Source: Octopus bimaculoides
Lineage: Eukaryota
Direction of reading: 5' to 3'
DNA: 39,897 nucleotides
Assembly: GCF_001194135.2 (NCBI RefSeq)
Contig: NC_068984.1
Location: 48,261,272-48,301,168, forward strand
Shown one piece after another: positions 1 to 12,775 of the stretch. The position numbers and the translations under genes are program-made. Each line of letters starts with the position of its first letter. The first letter of the stretch is position 1. The notes below the pieces were generated by a model that made no database searches, was not told where the DNA came from, and saw only the letters and a program-made list of their open reading frames with translations.

Positions 1-36
<36 letters not shown>

Positions 37-53
37 TAGAGAGAGAGAGAATG
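1..53. repeat. (GA)n microsatellite
   Basis: Direct reading of the sequence. Confidence 0.95.
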
Positions 54-1102
54 TGAGAGGGAGAGTTTAAAAACCGTTTTGCCACAGGCATGATATTTTA
101 AGCAAAAATTATACATTTGCATGAATGTGTTTTTTAACGTGCGTATTATATAAAACTTGCAAGTTGATCAGATATAACTCAGTTATAAAACTAGCATATC
201 TATGATTTTACAATTGGATCGAAAATAATTACGTAGTGTACAGGTCTGTGAAACTGTTAAATGCCACGCTAAATGAATTACACAGCCTGAACTCAAGTTT
301 AAGTTTAATATTACATGGTATCATCTCAGGTTAATGAAATAGTCCTACAAGCAGTAATGCAGAAGTTGGTGTTATTCAGTTTTCATTTTTGCGTTAAATA
401 TTGGCATTACCACATAATGAAACATAAACACGAGCACTCTGCCTAAAACATGCATATACACACATAAGTACATACGCACACAGGTATATATATATATATA
501 TATNNNNNNNNNNNNNNNNNNNNNNNNNNNNNNNNNNNNNNNNNNNNNNNNNNNNNNNNNNNNNNNNNNNNNNNNNNNNNNNNNNNNNNNNNNNNNNNNN
601 NNNNNNNNNNNNNNNNNNNNNNNNNNNNNNNNNNNNNNNNNNNNNNNNNNNNNNNNNNNNNNNNNNNNNNNNNNNNNNNNNNNNNNNNNNNNNNNNNNNN
701 NNNNNNNNNNNNNNNNNNNNNNNNNNNNNNNNNNNNNNNNNNNNNNNNNNNNNNNNNNNNNNNNNNNNNNNNNNNNNNNNNNNNNNNNNNNNNNNNNNNN
801 NNNNNNNNNNNNNNNNNNNNNNNNNNNNNNNNNNNNNNNNNNNNNNNNNNNNNNNNNNNNNNNNNNNNNNNNNNNNNNNNNNNNNNNNNNNNNNNNNNNN
901 NNNNNNNNNNNNNNNNNNNNNNNNNNNNNNNNNNNNNNNNNNNNNNNNNNNNNNNNNNNNNNNNNNNNNNNNNNNNNNNNNNNNNNNNNNNNNNNNNNNN
1001 NNNNNNNNNNNNNNNNNNNNNNNNNNNNNNNNNNNNNNNNNNNNNNTATATCAAAAAGTAGTAAACTACATGGATTACATAAATATATATATAGAGAGAG
1101 TG

Positions 1103-1168
<66 letters not shown>
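1103..1168. repeat. (GATA)n microsatellite
   Basis: Direct reading of the sequence. Confidence 0.95.
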
Positions 1169-1169
<1 letters not shown>

Positions 1170-1187
1170 CATGTTTGTGAGTATATA

Positions 1188-2437
1188 TTAGGTCATCCTA
1201 TAAATAATGCGGTGTTTTCGATTGCATGAGCTTAAAGTCAGGGGGAAACGGGATAAACTACATGCATCAACTTGCTATAAAAGCAGGTAGTAATTTTACC
1301 TTCTACGTATTCTTAGTACATGTTTTAAAGAGTCCATTTCGATTTTAACAGTTATTTTTTCAAAGCTCTAGTTGAAGTGACAGAGGAGCTTATTCAGCTT
1401 ATTTTGATTTATCAGTTCAATAAAAGCAAAAAACGCATCGGCAAGTACGAGGAATATTAATGCAGTGTATGGGGATTGGACAATAAGTAAGCGTAAGCCA
1501 GTGTCAACGGTGGTTCCAGAAATTCCGAGCTGGAAACTACAGTGTACAAGACAAGCCTCGTCTTGGAAAATATGTAGAGCTCGACGAGGAGGTCCTTCAA
1601 AACCTGGTGGAACAAAATCCCATCGTAACTGTTGAGGAACTAGCAGATAAGCTTGGATTTGGGCATGCAACCATTCATCGACACCTGCGTACCATTGGAA
1701 AATTCAACAAATTGGGTCAGTGGGTTCTTCACAAACTTTCCGAGTCTAACTGCGCGCAGAGAGTGAATGTGTGCTCTACTTTGATGTCGCGTGTCACGAA
1801 TGAACCTTTTCTAGACAGAATAGTGGCGGGTGACGAGAAATGGGCTCTCAATAAAATTGTCAAGCACCGAAGACAGTGAGTTAGGAAAGGAGAGACACTT
1901 GCACCCAACGCTATAGAAGGTCTTCAATCACATAAAGTGTTCTTATCTGTTTAGTGAAAAGTTTATTCCACTTTGAACTTTTAAATCAAGCCAGACGATA
2001 ACAAAGGAGATCTACTACGAGCACCTTGGGCGGTCTAAATCAGTGCTACAAGGAAAACGACCCTCTTTGGACAACGCTCGGCCACATACAGAGTGGATGA
2101 CATTCCAAAGGCAGGAGTAGTTTGAATGGGAAACGGTGCCCAACCCACGACATTCGCGAACATTGCCCCATTTGATTGTCATTTATTCCGCAATCTGCAA
2201 AATCATTTGGACGGAAAAATAGGAATTCTGTAGACGAGGTCAAAGCAGTACTGAAAGAGTATTCTCGTTACGGACAAGTGAATTTTGGAAGAGGGGATTT
2301 GCAAGTCTACTAGATATATGAAAGAGCATTGTAGAAAATGGTGGAGAGTATATTTTAGATTAAAAAAGTACTTTTATCTTACATTTGAAAAATAAAAGTA
2401 GTATTAAAAAAAACGCATTATTTAGGAGAGGACCCAA
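1188..2437 (+). mobile_element. Full-length decayed mariner (DD34D) DNA transposon
   Basis: Imperfect TIRs: left TTAGGTCATCCTATAAATAATGCG; right reverse complement TTGGGTCCTCTCCTAAATAATGCG (19/24 match). TA dinucleotides flank it at 1186-1187 and 2438-2439. Length is 1.25 kb and it holds transposase remnants. Confidence 0.92.
1390..2350 (+). pseudogene. Frameshifted mariner transposase
   Basis: N-terminal CQRWFQKFRAGNYS; WVLHKL (WVPHEL motif); IVAGDEKW (first Asp); LDNARPH (second Asp); IAPFDCHLF (YSPDLAPSDYHLF-like, third Asp). The motifs are spread over several frames with stops. Confidence 0.88.
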
Positions 2438-3227
2438 TATAAATATATTACTGTATGCATGCATGCATGTATAATAGGGGCAGCGAGAAAAAGAGAGATA
2501 TACATTACCAGCCAAAAGTACAGTGGTATCTGTAGTCTGATTGGAACCTGACAGCATTTGTATAAACATACAAAACTCACATTTCGAAACACTCATTAAA
2601 AATACACGCACTCACACAAGCAAACAAGTACACATACGTACTTCAGACATATAAAGCAAAAGATTTTAGTTGTAAGTATATAGGTCTGTAATATACATTG
2701 CTAGTTTTAAATTTCTTTTTATTATCAGTACAGAGTAATATCGTTTTACTCTCAGGCTCTAGTAAAATCTGACAGCCTTGACGAAAAATATAATAAGAGA
2801 TTTGTTAGAGAGTAAGCGGTAGGGTCAGAACAAAGTGAACTTTTACAAGAGACTTACGGGAATACATACTAACAAACATATTGGGTTTCAGAAACGACAG
2901 TTAAATAATCAGTCAGACAGTAAACCTTTAAGTAAGGGTCTGACAACTGAACCCATAAACAATGTTATTTTTTTTTATTTCTTGTTTTTTATTCTAAATT
3001 TTGCTAGGATTGGATGAAAGGAAAGTTAAGCTTTCGGTAAGTAAAAACGGTGGCGCGGTTTCATTTTCCAACTGAAGCAATTTTGCTTACTATATAATAT
3101 TGCTAACCTAAATGGCATGAAATTCCTGATGCTCAAATTATTTTTGTCTGAAAATATCGGGTTTTAATTTACCAAAACTGAAGTAGTATTATCATTATGT
3201 TCATAAGGTTGTTGTCGTTATTGTTTA

Positions 3228-5820
3228 ACACAGCAACTTCGCTAGAGGATGTAACAAATTGTCCACAGCCAGTGGGCTAAGTAACATTCTTTATTCAGAT
3301 TTCGAGAACACTACGGAGGATTCGTACTGTTTCATGCAACGCTTTCTTTTGTTGATGCCCTATCGTTACATAAGCTCCTATCTTTTCAATCCAGTTTGTG
3401 AGCTTCGTATGTATATTTGCCGAGGCTCCAACAACGGCAGATAAAATACTTAATTTCTTAAATAACCCCAGTCCTTTTATATCTCACTTCAAACCATGAT
3501 ATCAGATCTGCTTCTTCTGTTTTCCCAATGGTACTCTTCTCATCACCAGGGCATGCCTTATCTCTGATTACAGATACTTTTTCTCTCTGTTCAAAACCAA
3601 TACAGCCAGCTTTCGATGTTCAAATTAATGACCCCATTGCATCATTACATCCCATGGTATCTTTACCTTGTGGTTCTAGATTATTCCTTATTTGGGTTGC
3701 GCTTTGCAAATCTTTGTTCAACCCAATCTATACTAACTACAAACCTATTAATGAATCATCGTTGTGGCATTATCTTGTCTTCTTTTGTATTCCTATTGTG
3801 CATTTATTCGTGCAGTTATTCACAGAATGCCTTATCATCTCACTGTTATCACTGCACAAACTGCACTTATTGCTGTATTTTGGTGTAATTTGTCCTAAAT
3901 GCTGGTTCTTGGGCCATCTTCCATCAACATCTGCATTCCAGCTCACATCTTTCGCATACTGCCTGTACATTTTTTACTTCATTCCATTTTTTTCATCTTC
4001 CTTACCCTTTCCTTTTTCTCTGTGCCATTTTGTCTCAACGCAAGTGTCTGTCCTCCCTATATAAGAAATTCTCACCTGCACCCGCAAAGGTTCTACAGCA
4101 TTCTTAATCCCAAACTAGTTTCTCCTAAGCACTTGCGATTTCCGGTGCCGATTTATCCCATTCACATTTTGTCTGTCAATATCGTTCTCTTGAAGGAATG
4201 CTCCATGCCTTATGACTAGTTTTCTCGATTTCATTAGCGCCTCTGTAACTCTTTTTTGTTCCAAATAATAATACGTGCACCATACTTGAATAATGCGAGC
4301 GCTCAAATAGTAATGGCTCGAAAATTATTTCTTCCGTTTAGTTTTCACCATAGCTCATGTCTAAGTCTTCGGAAGTACACTTTTGCGTAAAACGTTTCTT
4401 CGTTGTTTCTTCCACCACTATATTAAATTGAAATATGCCCGGTTATTTATACCCGTTTTCATCAATCATTTCCTATGAAGATACTTTTATAAATCACGTT
4501 TCTCGACTTTCACACTTAACAGGAATATTACTCAGGTCAAATTTCATTTCGATGTACTTTCAAAAGCAATGAAATGTGCCCACTAAATAACTGATTTGAG
4601 CACAATCCTTACGATATATTTTAAGATCCTTATGCCTTTGCACTTATATCCAGATATTACTTTTCACAGTAATGATATTACAGGAATAAACCTTAAAAGA
4701 ATTAGGAAAGGTGTAAAGCTGTTTCCTTGAAAAATCCCTTCCTTGATTTCTAACACGTTCTTAAGCTTGTGAGCCCAACCTTTCAACTTACCATGCTTTT
4801 ATTGTTTTTTTTTTCTGAAAATCCAATCCTCTTGCCGTTCTTTGCAACTCTGCTCATGTTCAAACATTCAATGAACCATGAATTTGGCTTCATATCATAC
4901 CTCTTACGGAAATCTGTCCAGGACATTGCTAAGTTTGTCTTCCTTCGCTTATTGTCTTTCATAACGATTTTATCTGCGAAATGCTGTTCCCCAGTGCCCT
5001 TTGCAATTCCGTTTACAGCTCTCTATTCAACAACCTGAATTTAGTTGTCATCAAGCAATGTATTTATTTCATTAGTGAACATTCCAGTGAACAGATTCTC
5101 TATCAAGAGCAAGTATATTATGTGTCTTTAATTATCCACGACATTCTCTGTGGACGCACACTTCAAACATAGTACTGTTCATCCAACAGTCATTTCCGTT
5201 GTTCGGCGCATTAAACTGTTGTATAGTTTTTGTGGCATCCTGTCAGCATATTTATCCAATATCCATTGAACACTATCATACCCAGCTGCTTTCCAATTAC
5301 TCATTTGCTTCCTTACTTGTCGTGATTTTCTTTTTCGATTCTAATGTCTTCCTGCTGTGGACAAGTAAAAGACACCTTCAAATTTTGTAGTCGCTCTGTC
5401 CCAGTATAACGCTACTCTTCGTTACTCAACATCTCACTTCTATTCTTTTCTATTCTTTCTGGCATAACACTTTGGCGCGTGTTTTCTCCGCTTATTTCTT
5501 GATGACATTTCTTCTGATCAATTTGTACTAATCTATTTTCCTATAACGCTCTACTCTTTCAGCATATCTTGTTACTTTTCCTATATTTACGAATATGCAC
5601 TGCTTTATATCTTCAATTACAACCTTCAAACATTTCCTGTCACTACAATATTTTTTTTCTTCAGTCTGTCATATTCATAACCATTTCTAACTTCATCTTT
5701 CTCTTTCCAAGGAGCTTATCTACATCTTCAAATATTCTTGTTTTAAATTAGGCGTCTTTGTTTTGTGCATTTCTCGCGCAGTCTCTTCTTTCACAGACAT
5801 TTCGCTTCAACTTTTCTTTT
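3228..5820 (-). mobile_element. 5'-truncated, decayed R4/Dong-clade non-LTR retrotransposon (RT + CCHC + restriction-like endonuclease)
   Basis: Minus-strand remnants in the expected order: pre-RT 'KVVIEDIKQ..RYAERVERYR', RT 'IKEGIFQGNSFTPFL' and 'DLKIYRK', 'EMIDENGYK', 'RKLVIRHGAFLQENDIDR', CCHC 'CSLCSDNSEMIRHSVNNC', 'QEYKRRQD', 'KIPWD..EHRK', and a C-terminus 'AVVGA..WIEKIG..QKKALHETVRILRSVLEI*' (stop at 3295, overlapping AATAAA). Confidence 0.85.
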
Positions 5821-5821
5821 T

Positions 5822-5935
5822 CATCATCACCACCACCACCACCACCGCCGCCACCACCACTATCAACATCATCATCATCATCCATCATCATCATCCATCA
5901 TCATCATCATCATCACCATCATCATTGATGTTATT
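5822..5935. repeat. (CAT/CAC)n trinucleotide repeat grading into degenerate (TTA)n
   Basis: Direct reading; it generates the spurious poly-His and poly-Thr ORFs. Confidence 0.9.
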
Positions 5936-6249
5936 GTTAACATTATCGTTGCTATCGTTACCATTACTCTATTACTATTACTGTTACCACTTGTTTCTGA
6001 TGTAAACGCGATTTGCGGGCAGAAGGTTAATCGGTTATGTGACTGGTATTTTATCGACCAAGTTGGATAAAAATAAAAAAATCAAATTTAAACGAAGTGT
6101 ATTTAAACTCTTTACGTTCTTAGTTCAAATGTTGCAATGGCCAGTTTTGCATTTCAGCCATCCCTCTGAGGTCATTCAAATAAAGTCCCAGTCTAGTGTT
6201 GTGTCTCATGCTTTCGACTTGAAATCTGCCTTCAATATTTCAAGGCCTT

Positions 6250-6620
6250 CTACCTTTAATCAGAAACAATTCGTCCGTCCTAACGCTCTGAGTTCAAATT
6301 CCACCGAGGTCGATTTTGCCTTTCATCGTTTCGACTCCAAAAGTTCAGGCTTTTTGTCTTTAGTAAAAATGATTATTAATGTTGTTGTTGTTGTTGTCAT
6401 CGTCGTTGTCGCCGTTTAAACGATGAGCTGGCAAAATCGGATAAAATGCTTAGCGGCATTTCTTCTGGTTTCTATCTTGAGTTCAAATGCTGCCCAGGTT
6501 GACTTTACCTTCCTTCCTTTAGCGGACGATAAAATAGGTACCAGTTGAATAATGGGTCGCTATAGTCGACTTGCCTCCTCTTCTAAGTTTCAGGCCTTGT
6601 ACCTATACTAGAAAGGATTA
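6250..6620 (+). mobile_element. SINE family 2, two head-to-tail degenerate copies
   Basis: Core GAGTTCAAATtccaccGAGGTCGAttttGCCTTTCATC (contains a B-box-like motif) recurs at 14.8, 15.0, 27.4 and 37.5 kb. Tails run into (GTT)n and (ATT)n. Confidence 0.75.
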
Positions 6621-7295
6621 TTATCGTTATTATTGTTGTAGTTGATATTGTCCTCTTTTGTAGAACACGTGGCTTATTTAGCCTTTAACTGGAATTTGTT
6701 ACTTTGGTTCATAAATTGTTTGATTCTTCAAGCAGTTGGTTCGTCAATGTCTTTTCGTCACACTCTGGATATGCTTCCATTACGTATAAAATAATTCTCT
6801 AAAGTACATCTGCTTCATGACAGGATTTCAATAGAATTACGTTGCAAAACAAATGTAAATGTACAATTCTCTCTGTCTCCCTCTTTCGCTCTCTTTCACT
6901 CACACGCACCCATACACAAACACAGACACACACATACACGCACACCAACCCACATACATGCTTACGTACACATCTAGCGTCCCTCTCTATAGCTCTCAAA
7001 CACGCATGTGTCACATTAACGGTAAAACTTGTGACATATGACTTCGCTGTTTTCTAGTACTTTGCTTTACCCATGTAATCTGCATAACATAACATTAACA
7101 GTTAAATGACACAATTCCCTTTTATATTATTTTACTGGATATATTTGAGAACCAGTTAGAACCCTTATTAATACATACTGACATATATGGACCAGAAATT
7201 TCAGTGATTAAATATCTTTGCCGTACATTATACACTGAGAAACAAAATACAAAATCTGGATATTTCAACAGAATATTCCAATATTCTTCTGATAA

Positions 7296-7620
7296 AGCGT
7301 GACAGTGTGGTAAGAAGCTTGTTTCCCAGTCACGTGGTTCTGGTTTCAGCCCGACTGCTTGGCCCCTTGGGCAAGTTTCTTTTACTATAGCCTCAGGCTT
7401 ATTAAAACCTTATGAGCTAACATAAAATGTGTTTGTCTACCACCACTGCTTCACAAAAGTTGTTAGTGTGATTACGTCTCCCTAACTTAGCGATTCGGTA
7501 AAAGAGACGATAGAATAAGTGCCAAGCTTTAAAAAAATCTAGGATCGGTTAATTCAACTAAATGTTGTCCAAGGCAGTGCCCCAGCATGGCCGAAGTCTA
7601 TTGACCTCAACAAGTAAAGA
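7296..7620 (+). mobile_element. SINE family 1, degenerate copy with internal deletion
   Basis: Colinear similarity to the copies at 19682 and 33165 (GTGTGGTAAG..CTTGGGCAAG..ACTATAGCC..TAACTTAGCG..GATAGAATAAG..CAGCATGGCC..ACAAGTAAA). Confidence 0.8.
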
Positions 7621-8398
7621 AACGATATATTCTGATACATCTTTCTCGCTGACTCTCATATCTTGTCATCATTAAATGTACTACACTCTCGGCTCTGTTG
7701 TATGATCTTCACGAACTCCTCAACATACATACTTTAAATTTCAAATAAATATTATCAGCTTGCCTGATAATATTCTTAACAAATATACAGTTTTACAGTG
7801 CCAATGCCTGAGCTAGTGAGACGCTTGCCGTTGTGAAATATTAGGTTCTTGATAATATAATTGTTGATCGCATTTAACGTACACAGTGCAATGCCGGAGA
7901 CAAAAACAGTTGCTGTATATTATAAGGAAAACGTCCCTTATGGCTATTAAAATGTATATTATTGTTTCTCATATATTACACGCTTGATGGATGAATTACA
8001 AAAGAAATATTGCTAACACCAGAATTAAATTTTCTCTGTCTTTTGAAAAAAAACAAACGCAAAAAAAACGTCGTTTATTGTATGCTTTGATACATTTCCT
8101 ATGACATATCGTATAGAAATTACTATTATTGTCTGGTGTAGGTCTCCGTTAATACTATTGTTTTCTTACTGTGTGTGCGTGTGTGTGTGCGCGCGAGAAA
8201 GAGAGAGAGAGCTTTACTGAGAAAAAATAGACATGAACTGGAATAGAGCGTCCGGTTACTGATAGAAAGGAGAGAGGAAGGTATGATCAAACTAATAGTA
8301 TGACCTAAAACGCTTGCAACGGAATAGTTTCGCTAAAAACACCCAAGATGCCGCGTTTAGGTCTCCCAACTTAGTAGGTCATATGGGAATGTGGCGAC

Positions 8399-8401
<3 letters not shown>

Positions 8402-8450
<49 letters not shown>
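8402..8450. repeat. (AC)n microsatellite
   Basis: Direct reading of the sequence. Confidence 0.95.
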
Positions 8451-8452
<2 letters not shown>

Positions 8453-9869
8453 GGAACAAATACCGCATCACCTTCAGTTCGATATTCTTACTGTTCCTCT
8501 GATCCTCTGCCTTGGATTGGTACATTTTTATCGACCCCAAATGGATAAAAGGTAAAAAGAAGTTCACTGATATTTGAAGTCAAGGTGCAAGGAGACAAAA
8601 CAAATATTATGAAACATTCTGTAATACGCCCAAACAATTCTGCCAGCTTGTGGCCTATATGCTTCTATAGTATATTTAACCTCAGAGAATTTCTCTTTGA
8701 AAAGGCAAAGACCACTGTAAAGGCATTCCACCCATGGTCATTCTCTCATATCAACGAATGCATAGAGTTTTCTTTAAAACAGCACTATGTAAATTGTGAT
8801 GGTCTAGCTGCTATTTCTAATAGGTCAGGCAGCCACTGAAAGAGTCCTTTATTGTCTTGTTTGAAGAATGTCATGTGTGAATATTGCGAGATATTTTTTT
8901 ATCCATATTTGTTACTCAGCTGACGGCGTTGATAGTAGTTACAATAGTGCCCCTGCTGATCTTATACTTTGGTAGAGTTAATATACATTGCATATGCATA
9001 CGTAAGGTTCTAACACAGTATGTCAAAAGACATTAAGATTCCTTATATAAATTACGGATAGACTCTGCATTAAAAATACATCATAATTTTGAGAATAATC
9101 TTAATTCGAATCAAAATGTAATTATTTGTTCACTATTTTGTTTATAATTTAAAGCTACACCTTCCATTGTTTGCTGCTTTGAAACCTAACACATTTCAAC
9201 GCCAAATGTTTTAACATCGTTGACAAGTTGGAATAATTTCGATTGAGAGTTACATATAGAGTACACATTAAGCGCAGAGTCTCTTCTGACCCCAATCTTA
9301 CTCCCTTTTTTTTTTAAATATACATAAATGTCAAAAACATTGCTCTAAATTGCCTGATTGGTAAATAATTTGCTTGAAAAAATGCATAAATATTATTTAC
9401 ATCTAAAATCTAGTAAAAATACAAAAGTAATGAAAATACAAGCTTCACACTATAATCTAACTGAGTAAGCATTTCCATTCAGCTGCAGAGGAATCAATAG
9501 AAAATTGATTCTTATTAAATCTCACGATGGCATAACCAGTCACAGAAATGGAAATACGGTAGCGTAAATAAACCTAAAGTTTGCCACAAACACACTGCAT
9601 TCAACAGCATACCGTTCCCCAAAGTAATCTACATTGGCATATGAGTTAAACGTTAGATACGCGGATTTGTAATTATCATCAGGCTGACAAAAATCTACGT
9701 CGGAGTGGCTTTGTCGATTTATTATGTGGTTCAGAAAATAACGGCCGTTCTAAGTGTTGTGTTTTGAAACGCGATTTTATCACAGTATTTTGACTATATT
9801 TTAGGCGAATTTCGACACACTTAACAATTTATATATGCTCTTTAATAATTTTCTACTTATTTCAGACAT

Positions 9870-10060
9870 AATACTATTGTTGAGTGACAGAGTGGTGCAT
9901 GTCATCAAAGTGACACTGGGGTACAAATATACCAAGCCCAATATATCCATCATAACTACCCCTCTGATAAGTGTACACCAGGCACATGTATCATAAACAT
10001 ATGTGTCCAACATGGTGATCTCATCTCAAGCAAAAGCGCATGACTTTGCAGGTGAGGCCT
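9870..10060 (-). repeat. Probable retroposon 3' fragment, unclassified
   Basis: Resembles a common octopus interspersed repeat that I recall (not verifiable here). It ends in an AAT-like tail on the minus strand. There is no second copy in the window. Confidence 0.3.
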
Positions 10061-10129
10061 AATTACAATTTTCTTCAATCATGCAAACGGACAGGCATAC
10101 AGAGACAGTGAGAGACAGACAGTGACAGC

Positions 10130-10330
10130 GTGATAAATAGATAAATAAATAGATAGAAGGGTAGTTTGATAGATAGAAAGACAGGCAGGTAGGTAGGTAG
10201 GTATGTATGTATGCATGTATGTATGTATGTATGTAGGTAGGTAGGTAGATAGGTAGGTGGGTGGGTGGGTAGATAAATAGATCGGTATATAGATAGGTAG
10301 GTAGGTAAGTAGATAGATAGATAGATAGGT
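10130..10330. repeat. Compound (TAGA/TAGG/TATG)n tetranucleotide repeat
   Basis: Direct reading of the sequence. Confidence 0.9.
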
Positions 10331-10548
10331 ATAAAGACAGAAAGTTAGATGCGTGTTTGAGAGGCTCTGTGTGTGTTTGCGAGCCTCTCTGTTTTCATGA
10401 AAATGTTTAAGAGAAAATGTTACTTTGTTTAATAGTTCACGAATTATTAGGTTAAAACTTCATATGACATAAAGTCAATTAAATGTCCCATTGGAATCAA
10501 AACATGCATCTTCTGTAGATCGGGCCTAATTCATGCCTTCTTTTATTC

Positions 10549-12050
10549 TTACAAACGAGAAAAGCGTATATTTTCCTGACTAATGGGATTTTGCGCTATA
10601 TTTTACTAGATAGTGTTTATAAAGGCATTTACATTTGTTAAACGTCGTAATTTAAAAAAAAAAATATTTTTTTAACATTTAAAACATGTGTTAAAATATA
10701 CATATTTATGAATATACATACATGCATATAGACATGTAAACATGCAACATTATATTTATAGATAACTATATTCATATATGTGTGCGTGTGTGCGCAGACA
10801 CACGTGTCTGTGAATATATGTGAATGCGTATCTGTACGTATATATATTTATATATATATATATAAAAACAAATAGTAAATGAGTATATGCATATATACGT
10901 ACAGGTATGTGCATACCGACATCCACCTGTATGTATAGATGCATATCTGGGTACAGGACATTGCAAACAAAACGTAGACAAGAAAACACACAAGCCACAT
11001 AGAGAACATTCTCCTTCATCAGCTACCCCCGTTTTAACACCGGCGTTTCGAAGAGCTGGGTAGGACGCATCGTTAAAACGGTTCTTCCCATGGACCGCAA
11101 ATTAAATTTGTATACACNNNNNNNNNNNNNNNNNNNNNNNNNNNNNNNNNNNNNNNNNNNNNNNNNNNNNNNNNNNNNNNNNNNNNNNNNNNNNNNNNNN
11201 NNNNNNNNNNNNNNNNNNNNNNNNNNNNNNNNNNNNNNNNNNNNNNNNNNNNNNNNNNNNNNNNNNNNNNNNNNNNNNNNNNNNNNNNNNNNNNNNNNNN
11301 NNNNNNNNNNNNNNNNNNNNNNNNNNNNNNNNNNNNNNNNNNNNNNNNNNNNNNNNNNNNNNNNNNNNNNNNNNNNNNNNNNNNNNNNNNNNNNNNNGAG
11401 GCACGAACTTGAAAGTGGGGAGGAAGTAAGTTCGCGTGTTTGCTCGGCGATAGCCAAGGAAGAAAAGGAGTATTGACCGGAAGCATGTGACCATGCCGGT
11501 GTAAGGGGAAGAGAGAGAGTGGTAGAGGGAGAAACAAAGGGAGGAATTTGAAGAATAGGTGAGCAACGAGAGGAAAAGAGGAAGAGAGGAAGTACGAGGG
11601 GGGAAAAAGAGATACGTTGTAGTAACAGAGGAAGAACGAGAGGGGTAAAGAGAGATATGTAGTAGTAAACAGAGGAAGAACGAGAGGGGGGAAAATGATA
11701 GAGGAAGAGAAAGAGAAAGAGAAAGAAAAAGAAAGAGAATGAGATAGAGTAGCGTCGGAAAATATGAAGTTACGAAAACTACTTACAAATTGGAGACAAG
11801 CGTATATTTTCTTGACTAATGGGATTTTGCGCTATATTTTACTAGAGAGTGTTTATAAAGGCATTTACATTTGTTAAATGTCGTAATTTAAAAAAAAAAA
11901 ATTTTAACATTTCAAACATGTGTTAAAATATACGGTCAGTCATGTAAAAACAAATAGTAAATGAGTATATGCATATATACGTACAGGTATGTGCGTACCG
12001 ACATTCACCTGTATGTATAGGTCCATATCTGAGTACAGGACATTGCAAAC
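10549..12050 (-). mobile_element. Probable Penelope-like element 3' remnant with pseudo-LTR-type partial tandem duplication
   Basis: Direct repeat 10549-10968 vs 11782-12050 (about 1.23 kb period). The repeat encodes 'RKYTLVSNL*' on the minus strand, weakly like a GIY-YIG C-terminus. The body has a pyrimidine-rich 3'UTR-like tract and CTGATGAAG and CGAAAC motifs. The classification is inference. Confidence 0.5.
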
Positions 12051-12775
12051 GATACATACTTTAATACACAGCTAGTTTGATTTTTAATGTTTTTTTTAAT
12101 AGCTTTCTTAAATTTATTTATAGTTTTCTAAAATTTTACAATCTGACAGACGCAGTAACAGGACAAGCCATAAGATAATATACACTTATCAGACCTCTTT
12201 ATATCGCCTCATGATTATTCGACAAAAACAGTGCCACGTTTGAATAGAATTGCATTGCATCCAACAAAGGACAATAGTATGGGCTTGATGAATAATCATA
12301 ATTCATCATATGACAACGGCTCTCATCTGAATGTCGCCACCAAGTAGAGTTCAGCTAAGCACTTCGAGTAGTGTCGTTTAATTATCGCCGACACTGCATT
12401 GTCTGTTGTTCCGCTTTCAAGTATATTAAATGTATTAAGCAACAAAAAAGAAGAAAAAGCTGAAACCTGGATTGCCTATCAATAGGACTGAGGCGTTTCA
12501 CAACTTAGAGATATGAATGTTGCAGTGAAAACTTTAGTCGAACTATTGGTATTTTCTATATTGTCAATAGCGACAAGTCGTTGCAAAATAAGTCAGGAAT
12601 ATGAAGAATGATAAAACTCAGGCTATTTTCATTAATAGATATTAATCTTCTTGATTAATATCTATTAACAAAAAGGCTCAAATGTAAAATCCACCCAAAG
12701 GCATTGTGCAGCAGACATCGATCTGTTATTAAAGTTGGAGTAAGTTCTGCGCATACCTATAAACACACACATATA

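Noticed and set aside
372-1172. Long ORFs spanning N-gaps and microsatellites (also at 11.0-11.5, 15.3-16.0, 19.7-20.2, 22.7-23.4, 25.4-25.7 and 34.6-35.7 kb)
   Set aside because: They are open only because of Ns and simple repeats (YIYI, HTHT, CVCV); there is no coding signal.
5765-6070. Poly-His and poly-Thr ORFs
   Set aside because: Translation of a (CAY)n microsatellite; the same applies to the poly-Thr/Asn ORF at 29826-30125.
9672-9690. Minus-strand CTGATGA
   Set aside because: No downstream GAAA or stems.
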